Source of the DNA: a bacterium | Lineage (GTDB): Bacteria > Electryoneota > JAOADG01 | NCBI GenBank assembly: GCA_963681965.1 | Contig: OY820579.1 | Coordinates: 2,112,001-2,176,000 of the forward strand | Length of the DNA stretch: 64,000 bases | Direction of reading: 5' to 3' | Shown here: positions 20,435 to 29,081 of the stretch, piece by piece | How positions within the stretch are numbered: position 1 is the stretch's first letter | Layout of the letters: every line of letters begins with the position of its first letter | Translations under genes and position numbers: made by a program | Notes under the pieces: model-generated | Databases searched by the model: none | What the model saw: only the letters and a program-made list of their open reading frames with translations | What the model was told of the DNA's origin: nothing

Positions 20435-21834
20435 TATTTGACTCCTTTCGCTGAATCGGGTGCAGTCTCTTCTTCATCCTGAGTCGGAATTACAGTCAAT
20501 ACGGTACGCTTGTCGGGATTGAGGTATTTCTTGGCAACGCGCTGAACGTCGGCAATGGATACTTTGTTCAACGATTCGATGTCGTCTGCCAATTTCATGT
20601 AGCTGCCGTAACCGGTTTCATAGGCACCAAGCAACTTCGCACGATTTTCGGATTTGTCCAGCGATCCGATAATACCGGCTTCAAGCTGCATTCTGGCTTT
20701 GTTCAATTCATTTTCGGTAATCGGTTCATTGCGAACTTTTTCCACTTCTTCCCACATCGCCGCTTCACCTTTATCCAGCGATTTCCCTTGCTTCATTGCC
20801 AGGAAGAAAATGAACATACTGGGACCGATCCGTGTGTCGGAACTGCCGCCGGCGAATCGTGCCAGTTTATCCTTATACACCAATCGCTGATAAAGGCGAC
20901 TGGATTGACCGCCGGAAAGTACCAACGAAAGTACTTCCAACGCTGCCTGATCGGGATGGGTCTGGTCGGGAATCTGATAGGCTGCCATGAGCAACGGTAA
21001 TTCTGCTTGACGTTTGTAGGTCACGCGTCGTTCGCCACGTTGATCCAATTCCTGCATCACTGGTGGTGGCGGAGTCGGTTGTGCCGGGATTTTACCCCAG
21101 TACTTTTCAAATAATTTTATTGCTTCGGGGGCTTTGAAATCGCCGACAATCACTGCCACGACGTTGTTCGGCGAATAGTGCAGGCGGTAATATTCTTTGA
21201 CATCTTCCAGCGAGTAGCCTTGGATATCCTGTGCCCAACCGATGATCGGCCAAGCATAAGTGGAAGAGTGGTAGAAATTGATGCCGAGTTGTTCAAATGC
21301 ACCACCGAAAAGATTGTTGTCGGTGCGTTCGAGACGCTCTTCGCCGACGACTTTCTTCTCTTCTTTAAGCACTGCGGAGTCGAGTTTCAGGTTGGCGAAG
21401 CGTTCGGCTTCCAGATGAACGACCAATTCGAGTTGATCGCTGGCGATCGTTTCGAAGTAGACTGTTTCGTCTTGAGTAGTGTAGGCGTTATCGGTGCCGC
21501 CGTAACGCTTGATCAAACGCGAGTGTTCTTCGGGACCGTATTTGGTGGATCCACGGAACATCATGTGTTCGAACAGGTGCGAAACACCGGTAATGCCGGG
21601 ACGCTCGTTGCGGCTGCCGGTCTTGACCCAGAACTGAGCGGTGATAACCGGGGCGCTGTGATCTTCAAGCATCACGATTTTCAACCCATTCGATAGTTGA
21701 TGCGTGGCGACGGATTGTAACATTTCCTTCACCGGATCGCGCTTTTCCGCCGGTTTCGCGCCTATTGCCAGCAACGGCAAGAGAAGCGCAACGGCAAGCG
21801 TTACCGCGATTACAACTCTAACTATTGGTTTCAT
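20434..21834 (-). CDS. M16 zinc peptidase, catalytic subunit
   Basis: HLFEH inverted zincin motif, NAYT, SSRLY. Confidence 0.93.
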   Translation of the reverse strand: MKPIVRVVIAVTLAVALLLPLLAIGAKPAEKRDPVKEMLQSVATHQLSNGLKIVMLEDHSAPVITAQFWVKTGSRNERPGITGVSHLFEHMMFRGSTKYGPEEHSRLIKRYGGTDNAYTTQDETVYFETIASDQLELVVHLEAERFANLKLDSAVLKEEKKVVGEERLERTDNNLFGGAFEQLGINFYHSSTYAWPIIGWAQDIQGYSLEDVKEYYRLHYSPNNVVAVIVGDFKAPEAIKLFEKYWGKIPAQPTPPPPVMQELDQRGERRVTYKRQAELPLLMAAYQIPDQTHPDQAALEVLSLVLSGGQSSRLYQRLVYKDKLARFAGGSSDTRIGPSMFIFFLAMKQGKSLDKGEAAMWEEVEKVRNEPITENELNKARMQLEAGIIGSLDKSENRAKLLGAYETGYGSYMKLADDIESLNKVSIADVQRVAKKYLNPDKRTVLTVIPTQDEEETAPDSAKGVK

Positions 21835-21991
21835 TCTGTCTCCGTGAGATTTGCGAGTAAGAAGCGAATAAGGTAATACGAAACAAACTCGGGGGTATTG
21901 TACCACCAACAAACGATTAGTTGCAAACTAGTATCAATTGGTTGCATTCGAAATAGTTGCTTCTCGGAGCGGTGTCTAATTTTGCGATGAC

Positions 21992-22020
21992 TTGACAGCG
22001 GGTGTATTTTCCTATAAATT
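21992..22020 (+). promoter_or_regulatory. Sigma70-type promoter of tRNA-Arg
   Basis: TTGACA-17 nt-TAAATT, about 20 nt upstream of the tRNA. Confidence 0.7.
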
Positions 22021-22039
22021 GCCTGACTGCGAATAGCAC

Positions 22040-22114
22040 GCGCCTTTAGCTCAATTGGATCAGAGCATCTGACTACGGATCAGAAGGTTGGGGGTTCGAA
22101 TCCCTCAAGGCGCG
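22040..22114 (+). tRNA. tRNA-Arg (ACG)
   Basis: Acceptor stem GCGCCTT/AAGGCGC, anticodon arm TCTGA-CTACGGA-TCAGA, GTTCGAATC T-loop; CCA not encoded. Confidence 0.97.
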
Positions 22115-22189
22115 CGACTTCCAGCGAGGTGCTAACTAAAGTGCTAACGCTGGAGCTAACGGTTATTGGATCACTCAAAGGAGTTTCCA

Positions 22190-23245
22190 ATGGCTGTTTC
22201 CCTCTTCCTCCGCAAATCCGGCATCTGGTATTTGAAGATCTCCAACCTCGGCAAAATCACTTGGAAAAGCACTGGCACGAAAGACCGCAAAGCCGCGCGA
22301 GCGTGTTTGCTGCAATATTCTCAGCAACAGGTCACCACAAAATCTTCTGTGTCAAAAAACAGCGACCGATCAGCACTGACATTGTCAGAATTTACCGCTG
22401 AATGTATGCGGTGGTCGCTGACGAATCACCGTAAATCGACAACCGTGATGTTTCGTGCAACTTTGGCTAATTTTCGTCGAATAGTTGGCGATCTTCCAAT
22501 TACTGATATCACCCTACGAAATGTTGACCAATTTAAAGCGAAACGATTAACTGAGGTTAACTCAACTTCGGTTAACATCGAGCTTCGCACGTTACGCTCA
22601 GCTCTACATCAAGCAAAGAAATGGGGTCTAATTTCGGAAGTACCGATTACCGGGAAAAATTTACTCAAAGTACCATCCGATACGATTGCACTGTCAGAGA
22701 GTGAAGTAAAACAGCTTCTGGATTCGATACAAGAGCCGTGGTTGCGTTCAATAGTACTGGTGGCAGTTTATACTGGTTTACGGAGAAACGAGCTTTGTCG
22801 ACTAACGTGGAGCGATTTTGACGAGTCCAGAGGATTATTGACGGTACATGAGTCGAAAGCGGGAAAGGCAAGGTGCATTCCATTATCCGAGGGGGTAACC
22901 CAAATCCTGGTTAGTATACCCAAAACGAGTGACAGGATCTTCACTTTGGATGGGAAACAACCGGTGCAAGGTTCGTGGGTATCACATTTGTTCAAGCGGT
23001 ATTGCCGGAAGCTAGGATTTTCAGAGAAGATTCATTTCCATACATTGCGACATACGTGTGCGTCGATCATGGTACGGAATGGAGTAAGTCTCTTCCATGC
23101 TAGTAAGGTGCTTGGTCATTCGTCGGTAGTTGTCACTGAGAAATTCTATGCGCACATGGGAGTCGAGGATTTGCGAAGTGCGGTGAATGTGGTGGGGCAG
23201 TTGCTCCAATCGAATCATAGGAATGGGAATCGATTGGTGGCGTGA
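22190..23245 (+). CDS. Tyrosine integrase 1
   Basis: TGLRRNE, HTLRH, LGH, FY catalytic set; RBS AAGGAG; next to the att site. Confidence 0.95.
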   Translation: MAVSLFLRKSGIWYLKISNLGKITWKSTGTKDRKAARACLLQYSQQQVTTKSSVSKNSDRSALTLSEFTAECMRWSLTNHRKSTTVMFRATLANFRRIVGDLPITDITLRNVDQFKAKRLTEVNSTSVNIELRTLRSALHQAKKWGLISEVPITGKNLLKVPSDTIALSESEVKQLLDSIQEPWLRSIVLVAVYTGLRRNELCRLTWSDFDESRGLLTVHESKAGKARCIPLSEGVTQILVSIPKTSDRIFTLDGKQPVQGSWVSHLFKRYCRKLGFSEKIHFHTLRHTCASIMVRNGVSLFHASKVLGHSSVVVTEKFYAHMGVEDLRSAVNVVGQLLQSNHRNGNRLVA

Positions 23246-23331
23246 GGATAATCTGCGTCGAGACAATGTGGAACGAGTGATACAACCCGGAATTTGTATT
23301 GGGTGCTTTATCGAACCCTGACCCTAAATAT

Positions 23332-23697
23332 TCACGAATAACGGGGCTTCCGGGGCAAGGGCGAGAAGGTAATTACTCTTCCGCCAACAATATAAAATAA
23401 CACTTTTTTCACATTGTCTTCAACCGTTCGCGCAGCAATATTCGGTAACAACCAAGTCGGTAATGTCTCTTTCAACCGGTAGATTTGCCAGTAGTCGACT
23501 AGAATGATCTGCTTCAATTCGAAGATCAACCAGTCGGGACAATCGCACTTACCACGCTCAATTGCACTGATGAATTGCTGCGTGACTTGCAGTCGCGAAG
23601 CGAGATCGGTTTGCGTGAAGTTGCATCGCTTCCGTGACTCGCGAATGATATTACCGATCTCGACTCGAATGTCGATCGCATTTTCTTCTTGTTCCAT
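23332..23697 (-). CDS. XRE-family HTH regulator
   Basis: IRESR...TQTDLA..LQVTQQFISAIERG; GGAGG RBS. Confidence 0.88.
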   Translation of the reverse strand: MEQEENAIDIRVEIGNIIRESRKRCNFTQTDLASRLQVTQQFISAIERGKCDCPDWLIFELKQIILVDYWQIYRLKETLPTWLLPNIAARTVEDNVKKVLFYIVGGRVITFSPLPRKPRYS

Positions 23698-23842
23698 CTT
23701 TCCTCCTGTTTCCGAATCTCATTTTCGAATGTTCGGCAAAGATATTAACCGTAATTGTTTATTTATCATTAAGATCAAAAAATATTGCCGAACATGCCGG
23801 AGGTTTCGGACTTCATTGTCACCTTTACCCTATAAAAAAATC

Positions 23843-25060
23843 GAAACCTCTGAAAAAATCACTTTTGTATCACTCTCTTTTGCCTCATCAGTCTGATTTC
23901 GACGATTTTCGAAATGAATTGCAAATTTTAGTGTAATTGGGGTCGATTTTGGTTGGATTTTTTGATGATTTTCGGTGATTTCTGCTGCTTGGGCAGAGTT
24001 CACTCTCCGATTTATCGTTTTTCAGGTTACCAGCACCAGTTTGCAGGCCCGTTTCAAGTTCACTGCCATGGCGGTAAAGTAGACTTGTGTCAGATTCCGT
24101 TCGATACCGTAATAGCGCAAACGCGCGAGGTGTCCCCACCGCTTCAAGTCGTTCATCTTGGCTTCGATCCGGCTTCGGATCCGTGAGTTGGATCGATTGC
24201 GGCATCGCTCATGTTCCGTCAAGCGACGATTGCGTCTTGCCTTGTGAAGAATGCCGTCGTACCAGTGGCGGGCGTGAATCAAGTTGCGGTGTGCCGTCGA
24301 ATCGTACGCCTTGTCGGCAAACACGCCACCGGTGTCGTCGGGAAGCAATGCCTCGAACACCTGCGAGTCGTGAACAATATTCGATGTCAAGTCGACTGCT
24401 TCGATCAGCTCGCTTTCATGATCCATCGAAACATGCACTTTCATCCCGTCGACCGGTTTATCTTTGCGGACCGTGATGGTTACATCGGGGTCGACCGGAG
24501 TACCGTCGGCACGGGTGGAGCCCGCAGTCGTGGCACCCTTGACCAATGTCGCGTCGACCAGTGTACAACTGCGAACGAATAGACCGAACGAAGCCAACTG
24601 ACGGTTCAATTCATTGAACAATTCCTTCTCGTAACGAAAGTCGCGCAACCGTTGACGGAACCGAACCAGGGTCGAATCGTCCAACAGATAATCGCGAACG
24701 GTAAAACCGATAAACCGTTCGAAGCTGCGTCGGTCGTGGATCTCCTGCACCACTTGTACATCCGACAGACCGTACCATTGTTCCAACAGCAACGCTTTGA
24801 ACAACATCAACGGCGGGATCGGGGGGCGACCGCGGGTGCCGCGGTACATCCGCATTAGCAGCGACTCGATCGGACGAAAATCGATCAACCGATCGATCTC
24901 ATCAAGCATGCTCTTCTTGTGACGGCGACACTGATCGTCTAGTTCACCGAAGGTAATCCATTCGCGGGTAGAGGGAACGAGGGACATTGTAAACTCCGTT
25001 ATAGGCTCTAACGGCAATACGAGATAATCATCAAAAACGTGGGATTAAATCAGAGGTTTC
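23843..25060 (-). mobile_element. IS5-family element (1218 bp, 5-bp target duplication AAATC)
   Basis: IRs GAAACCTCTGA...AATC at both ends; AAATC at 23838-23842 and 25061-25065. Confidence 0.92.
24022..24987 (-). CDS. IS5-family transposase
   Basis: GRPP, WYGLSD, DSTLVRFR, VDAT, ADKAY, RSRIE. Confidence 0.93.
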   Translation of the reverse strand: MSLVPSTREWITFGELDDQCRRHKKSMLDEIDRLIDFRPIESLLMRMYRGTRGRPPIPPLMLFKALLLEQWYGLSDVQVVQEIHDRRSFERFIGFTVRDYLLDDSTLVRFRQRLRDFRYEKELFNELNRQLASFGLFVRSCTLVDATLVKGATTAGSTRADGTPVDPDVTITVRKDKPVDGMKVHVSMDHESELIEAVDLTSNIVHDSQVFEALLPDDTGGVFADKAYDSTAHRNLIHARHWYDGILHKARRNRRLTEHERCRNRSNSRIRSRIEAKMNDLKRWGHLARLRYYGIERNLTQVYFTAMAVNLKRACKLVLVT

Positions 25061-25284
25061 AAATCCTAATGTGATGACTCGTCTCAAAGGAGTGACGTAT
25101 TATCACATATTATTTTCATCCTCCTAAGATTGGAGTGAGGTTCGGCATGTCCGGCAGAAATCCGTCAAGCCTTTTAAATAGCCGTTTCCAGCTGCCGAAC
25201 ATCGATCTTGCGAGGCTCGGCAATCGATCGAATGTCCGGCAAAATCGACATAGGAATTCATTCTTTACTGTCCTTTCCTAAACC

Positions 25285-27939
25285 TCAATAAGTCTTTCGA
25301 TCTTCGATATCGGTCTTTTCAAGCAAACGATATAACCGGCATTTTCCGCGTGAAATGCTGTTATCGTGGACAATCTCGATTTGAAGATTTCCGAAAATGC
25401 GCCCCTTGATTCGATTAAGCGCTTTTCCGAGTCTCGTCTGCTTTGAGTGGTCGGAATCTTCACCCAAGATTGGAGATAGCAGCATTTTTCGATTGCAGAG
25501 ATCGAGTAATTGTTTGGTTTGTACCGGATCGCTTCTGTACTCATTCCACCAGCTTTCGGTAAATTCCAAGTACATCCCGGTATCCATACTCAGTTCTTGA
25601 AACACTTCATCGCTGTTACTCATAAAACCGGATATCGATACCGCATCGAAAAGACCTCCCATTTTTTTAACCCATTGTTCGAATGAACCCAGCGTTTGCT
25701 TCCCTTCGGGTTTTCCTAAAACAAACCATGCCCGAATTAATGTCAATGCTGCGATTACTAGTTTTCTTCGGTTGTGAAGTGTCCATTGTTCAATTTCGGG
25801 ATGAACAAAGCCCGTTCGCGACCAGGGTCGATCCGTATCAGGCGCTAATCGGCAGCGAATGCTTCTTCGTGCCAATTCTTCGGAGATGGAGATGTTATTG
25901 GCGGTGATTAGAATTATCATCCGATTGGGAACTGAGATGATTTCAGATTTACCGAGTAATCGTCCCGAATAACTCTGACTAGTAAGAATTAAAGCCAATA
26001 CGTCCGAGTTGAGTTTACGATGTTCAGGGAAGTTGTCGAATACTAAGATCGGGGTTCCGTGAATGAGTTCGGCGAGAATCATTTTCTTCAATTCATCGTT
26101 ATTTTCCGGAAAAGCTCTTGGACTACACACTTCACCGGTTGCAATAATCGACACGACATTGCACAATTTACTCTTTCCACTTCCTGCAACTGATGCTTCG
26201 ATGATATGTAATGGTGTATATCCATCAATTAGGTGTCGAACGAAGGGTAAGAGAATACATGCGATGATTGTCGCCTGATCCGTACTTTTTCGCTCAAATG
26301 GAAAATTGACCAATAAATCTTCAGTAAAGTACTTTTTTGCATCATCTATCTCTTCTAGTGTGGGGATTTCTGGAATCATGATATTGCACAAATCTTCCGG
26401 CAAATCGACGTAGATACCAGTTTCACTATCGTAACCTGATAATGATAACAACCTACCTTCGGTTGTAAATATCGGCAATCGCACAATTGATTCAAGTTTT
26501 GGAATTCGTGAATCAATACGTGTCAATATATCCTTCATGAGAGGATCGGTAGGTTGTGTCGCTATCAACTTTCCAGATCTGGTACTAAACCAGTTAGCAC
26601 ACCGGATAAGATGACCAAATAAGTCTGACATTTGAATTAAGTGGGTTTGTAACTGATTATTTACGGGATTATAGTTCAATTCGATAAGCTGTTGTCCATA
26701 TCGAAAAATATGTGGTGGATTGTTTTTCTCAATTAATGCGTTCCACGCATCACAGATTACATCGGGGAGCTGACGATTATATACATTGATCGTTGGAAGT
26801 AGACTGTCAAGATCGACATTCGGCATCGCTTCCATTGCTGGTAGTGACACTCCAGTTTTGTCCGCTACCCATCGACAAGCATCCTTGAAATCTTTTGCGA
26901 TTCCGCGATTGATCAGGAAATCGAAAACCGAGTAGGAACGACCACTCCGAAACGAATGAAAGGAGCCTTTTTGTGCCGATCCTTCGCCGGAAGCAACGCT
27001 GGCGGAAGGGTGACGATCGCCGGACGGCGAATCGGGATCGCGGCATTCCAACCAGCCACCCAATCTCGTTCGACCTGTCAGGTAGTCGCCATATACCGCA
27101 TTCAGGTTAAGTTTACCTAAAGCATGTTGACGCCATTCCGAATAATCGTTCGGAGCTTGAGTAGATACTTCAGATGAATCACAATCGCTCTTCGAAGGTT
27201 GTGACGTCGATGAATTTCGAGTAAGACATATGATTGCTTGTAGTACACGTTCGTGTGAAATCGTTTCAAAGATCTCCGGATCATACTGATAAAACTCGTA
27301 GTCATCATCCAACCGGTAGAATTGGTTGCAACCGGGATTTGCGCCGTGCCACATGGGCAGCCAGACGGCATTTCCGCAACCATTATTGCTGATCCGTTCG
27401 GTTTTGGGAAAGACCTCGATCCCGCGATTATCGCCGGGACTTGCATACCCGCCGTTTTCGAGCTGCTGATTGGGTGGACATAATAGAAAACCAAGTCGAC
27501 GCGCATCCTTCGCAGGAATTGATCCTTCGAAAAAGAGCCAGAGATGATAGCCATTGCCTCGCCCCGACCGTTCGATGAAACTTGGCAAGGATGCACTGTG
27601 AGCGATTTCATAAGCAGCTTTCACGGCACTTTCAGGATCACGTAAAGAATCTTTATGTTCAGGACCACCGTCGAAATCGATACAGAGCCATCGGGTCATT
27701 CCTTGTACGTCGGGTGTATAGGTTGCGATTCGAAAACAACTGGTTTTCAGTTGTGAACCACGATTATTGACGATTTCTACTGGACATTGAAAAAGTCTAT
27801 TCCCGGTAAGGTGACCTAATATCAGTTGATCCAAGGTACCATTCACTTGAATTGGATGGGGCTTACTTCCTAACATGACTGCAATTTTATCGGTTCGATT
27901 GAAGAACGCATTTCGGATCATTTCTACATTATTCATCAT
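25285..27939 (-). CDS. AEP (TOTE-like) primase fused to P-loop helicase-like domain
   Basis: WLCIDFD and ERSGRGNGYHLWLFF AEP motifs; GSGKS Walker A, LVFDN Walker B, ITAN, LARR. Confidence 0.8.
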   Translation of the reverse strand: MMNNVEMIRNAFFNRTDKIAVMLGSKPHPIQVNGTLDQLILGHLTGNRLFQCPVEIVNNRGSQLKTSCFRIATYTPDVQGMTRWLCIDFDGGPEHKDSLRDPESAVKAAYEIAHSASLPSFIERSGRGNGYHLWLFFEGSIPAKDARRLGFLLCPPNQQLENGGYASPGDNRGIEVFPKTERISNNGCGNAVWLPMWHGANPGCNQFYRLDDDYEFYQYDPEIFETISHERVLQAIICLTRNSSTSQPSKSDCDSSEVSTQAPNDYSEWRQHALGKLNLNAVYGDYLTGRTRLGGWLECRDPDSPSGDRHPSASVASGEGSAQKGSFHSFRSGRSYSVFDFLINRGIAKDFKDACRWVADKTGVSLPAMEAMPNVDLDSLLPTINVYNRQLPDVICDAWNALIEKNNPPHIFRYGQQLIELNYNPVNNQLQTHLIQMSDLFGHLIRCANWFSTRSGKLIATQPTDPLMKDILTRIDSRIPKLESIVRLPIFTTEGRLLSLSGYDSETGIYVDLPEDLCNIMIPEIPTLEEIDDAKKYFTEDLLVNFPFERKSTDQATIIACILLPFVRHLIDGYTPLHIIEASVAGSGKSKLCNVVSIIATGEVCSPRAFPENNDELKKMILAELIHGTPILVFDNFPEHRKLNSDVLALILTSQSYSGRLLGKSEIISVPNRMIILITANNISISEELARRSIRCRLAPDTDRPWSRTGFVHPEIEQWTLHNRRKLVIAALTLIRAWFVLGKPEGKQTLGSFEQWVKKMGGLFDAVSISGFMSNSDEVFQELSMDTGMYLEFTESWWNEYRSDPVQTKQLLDLCNRKMLLSPILGEDSDHSKQTRLGKALNRIKGRIFGNLQIEIVHDNSISRGKCRLYRLLEKTDIEDRKTY

Positions 27940-28883
27940 TCACCTCGCAAACTCATCCGGTTCAGCTGACCATTATTCATCATATTGGATCGGTTCAGTA
28001 TCGGGAGACTTCCCAACTGTCGGTCGATAGTAGCAACAGCACCACGTAGATCTTCCACAGAGATGTGAGCATAAAACTTCTCAGTAACCACTACCGAGGA
28101 GTGTCCCAATACTTTCGAGGCGTGGTACAAACTGACCCCATTGGCAACCATAATACTCGCGCAAGTGTGTCGGAGAGTATGGAAGTGAATCTTTTCGGAA
28201 AAGCCGAGTTTTCGACAGTAACGTTTGAACAGGTGAGTCACCCACGAGCTGCCGATCATGTGTTCGCCATTGATTGAGAAGATGTATTGTGATGTTTGGG
28301 GTAATTGCTTCAGTGCTACACGTACTGACTCGGAAACGGGGATACAGCGCGACTTTCCTGCTTTAGACTCATGGACGGTGAGTAGTCCACGGATAGAGTC
28401 GTAATCGTTCCAAATCAAGCGACAGATCTCGCTCCGCCGCAGACCGGTGTGAACTGCAAGCAGTACCATCGCTTTGAACCACGGTTCCAGTATCGCATCG
28501 AGTAACCGATTGACTTCGGTTTCCGATAATGCAATTGTGTCGCAGGGAACTTTGATCAGGTGCTTGCCAGTGATTGGAACTCTATCGATCAACTCCCAGC
28601 GCTTCGCTTGATTGAGTGCGCTACGGATTGCTCTTAGTTCGACGTTCACCGATACCGGCTTAACGCTAATCAATCGTGCCGCTTTGAATTGCTCGATCAA
28701 CCGCTCGTTGATTTTGGCGATGGGTATATCACCAAAGATATCGAGCAGATTCCGAAAGGTATTCCCGTAGATTGTCGTCGTGCCCGGTCGATGATTCGAA
28801 CGTGACCAGGAAAGGCATTCATCACGGAATACCGTTAGCGATGGTGATTTACACCGAGGTTGTTTACTAGAAACCTTATTCAT
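27936..28883 (-). CDS. Tyrosine integrase 2 (paralogue of integrase 1)
   Basis: TGLRRSE, HTLRH, LGH, FY; ATGA overlap with the primase gene. Confidence 0.92.
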   Translation of the reverse strand: MNKVSSKQPRCKSPSLTVFRDECLSWSRSNHRPGTTTIYGNTFRNLLDIFGDIPIAKINERLIEQFKAARLISVKPVSVNVELRAIRSALNQAKRWELIDRVPITGKHLIKVPCDTIALSETEVNRLLDAILEPWFKAMVLLAVHTGLRRSEICRLIWNDYDSIRGLLTVHESKAGKSRCIPVSESVRVALKQLPQTSQYIFSINGEHMIGSSWVTHLFKRYCRKLGFSEKIHFHTLRHTCASIMVANGVSLYHASKVLGHSSVVVTEKFYAHISVEDLRGAVATIDRQLGSLPILNRSNMMNNGQLNRMSLRGE

Positions 28884-29016
28884 TTGTTGCAAGCCTTCAC
28901 ACAAAAAATAATATTTCCCGATTTTCTGCGTGTCAGCAGTTGAAATCGGTCAGTGAAGGCTTCGTAAAACGCAGGTGAGAAAATCGTGTCGGAAGTACGC
29001 CTTCATATTAGAAGGC

Positions 29017-29054
29017 GCTACTTTTGTCGTAGCATTTGCTACTTTTTTCGTAGC
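29017..29054. promoter_or_regulatory. Tandem palindromic sites GCTAC-N7-GTAGC x2
   Basis: GCTACTTTTGTCGTAGC at 29017 and GCTACTTTTTTCGTAGC at 29038; 21-bp period. Confidence 0.55.
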
Positions 29055-29081
29055 GAATATAGAGTTTTAATTGATAACATG

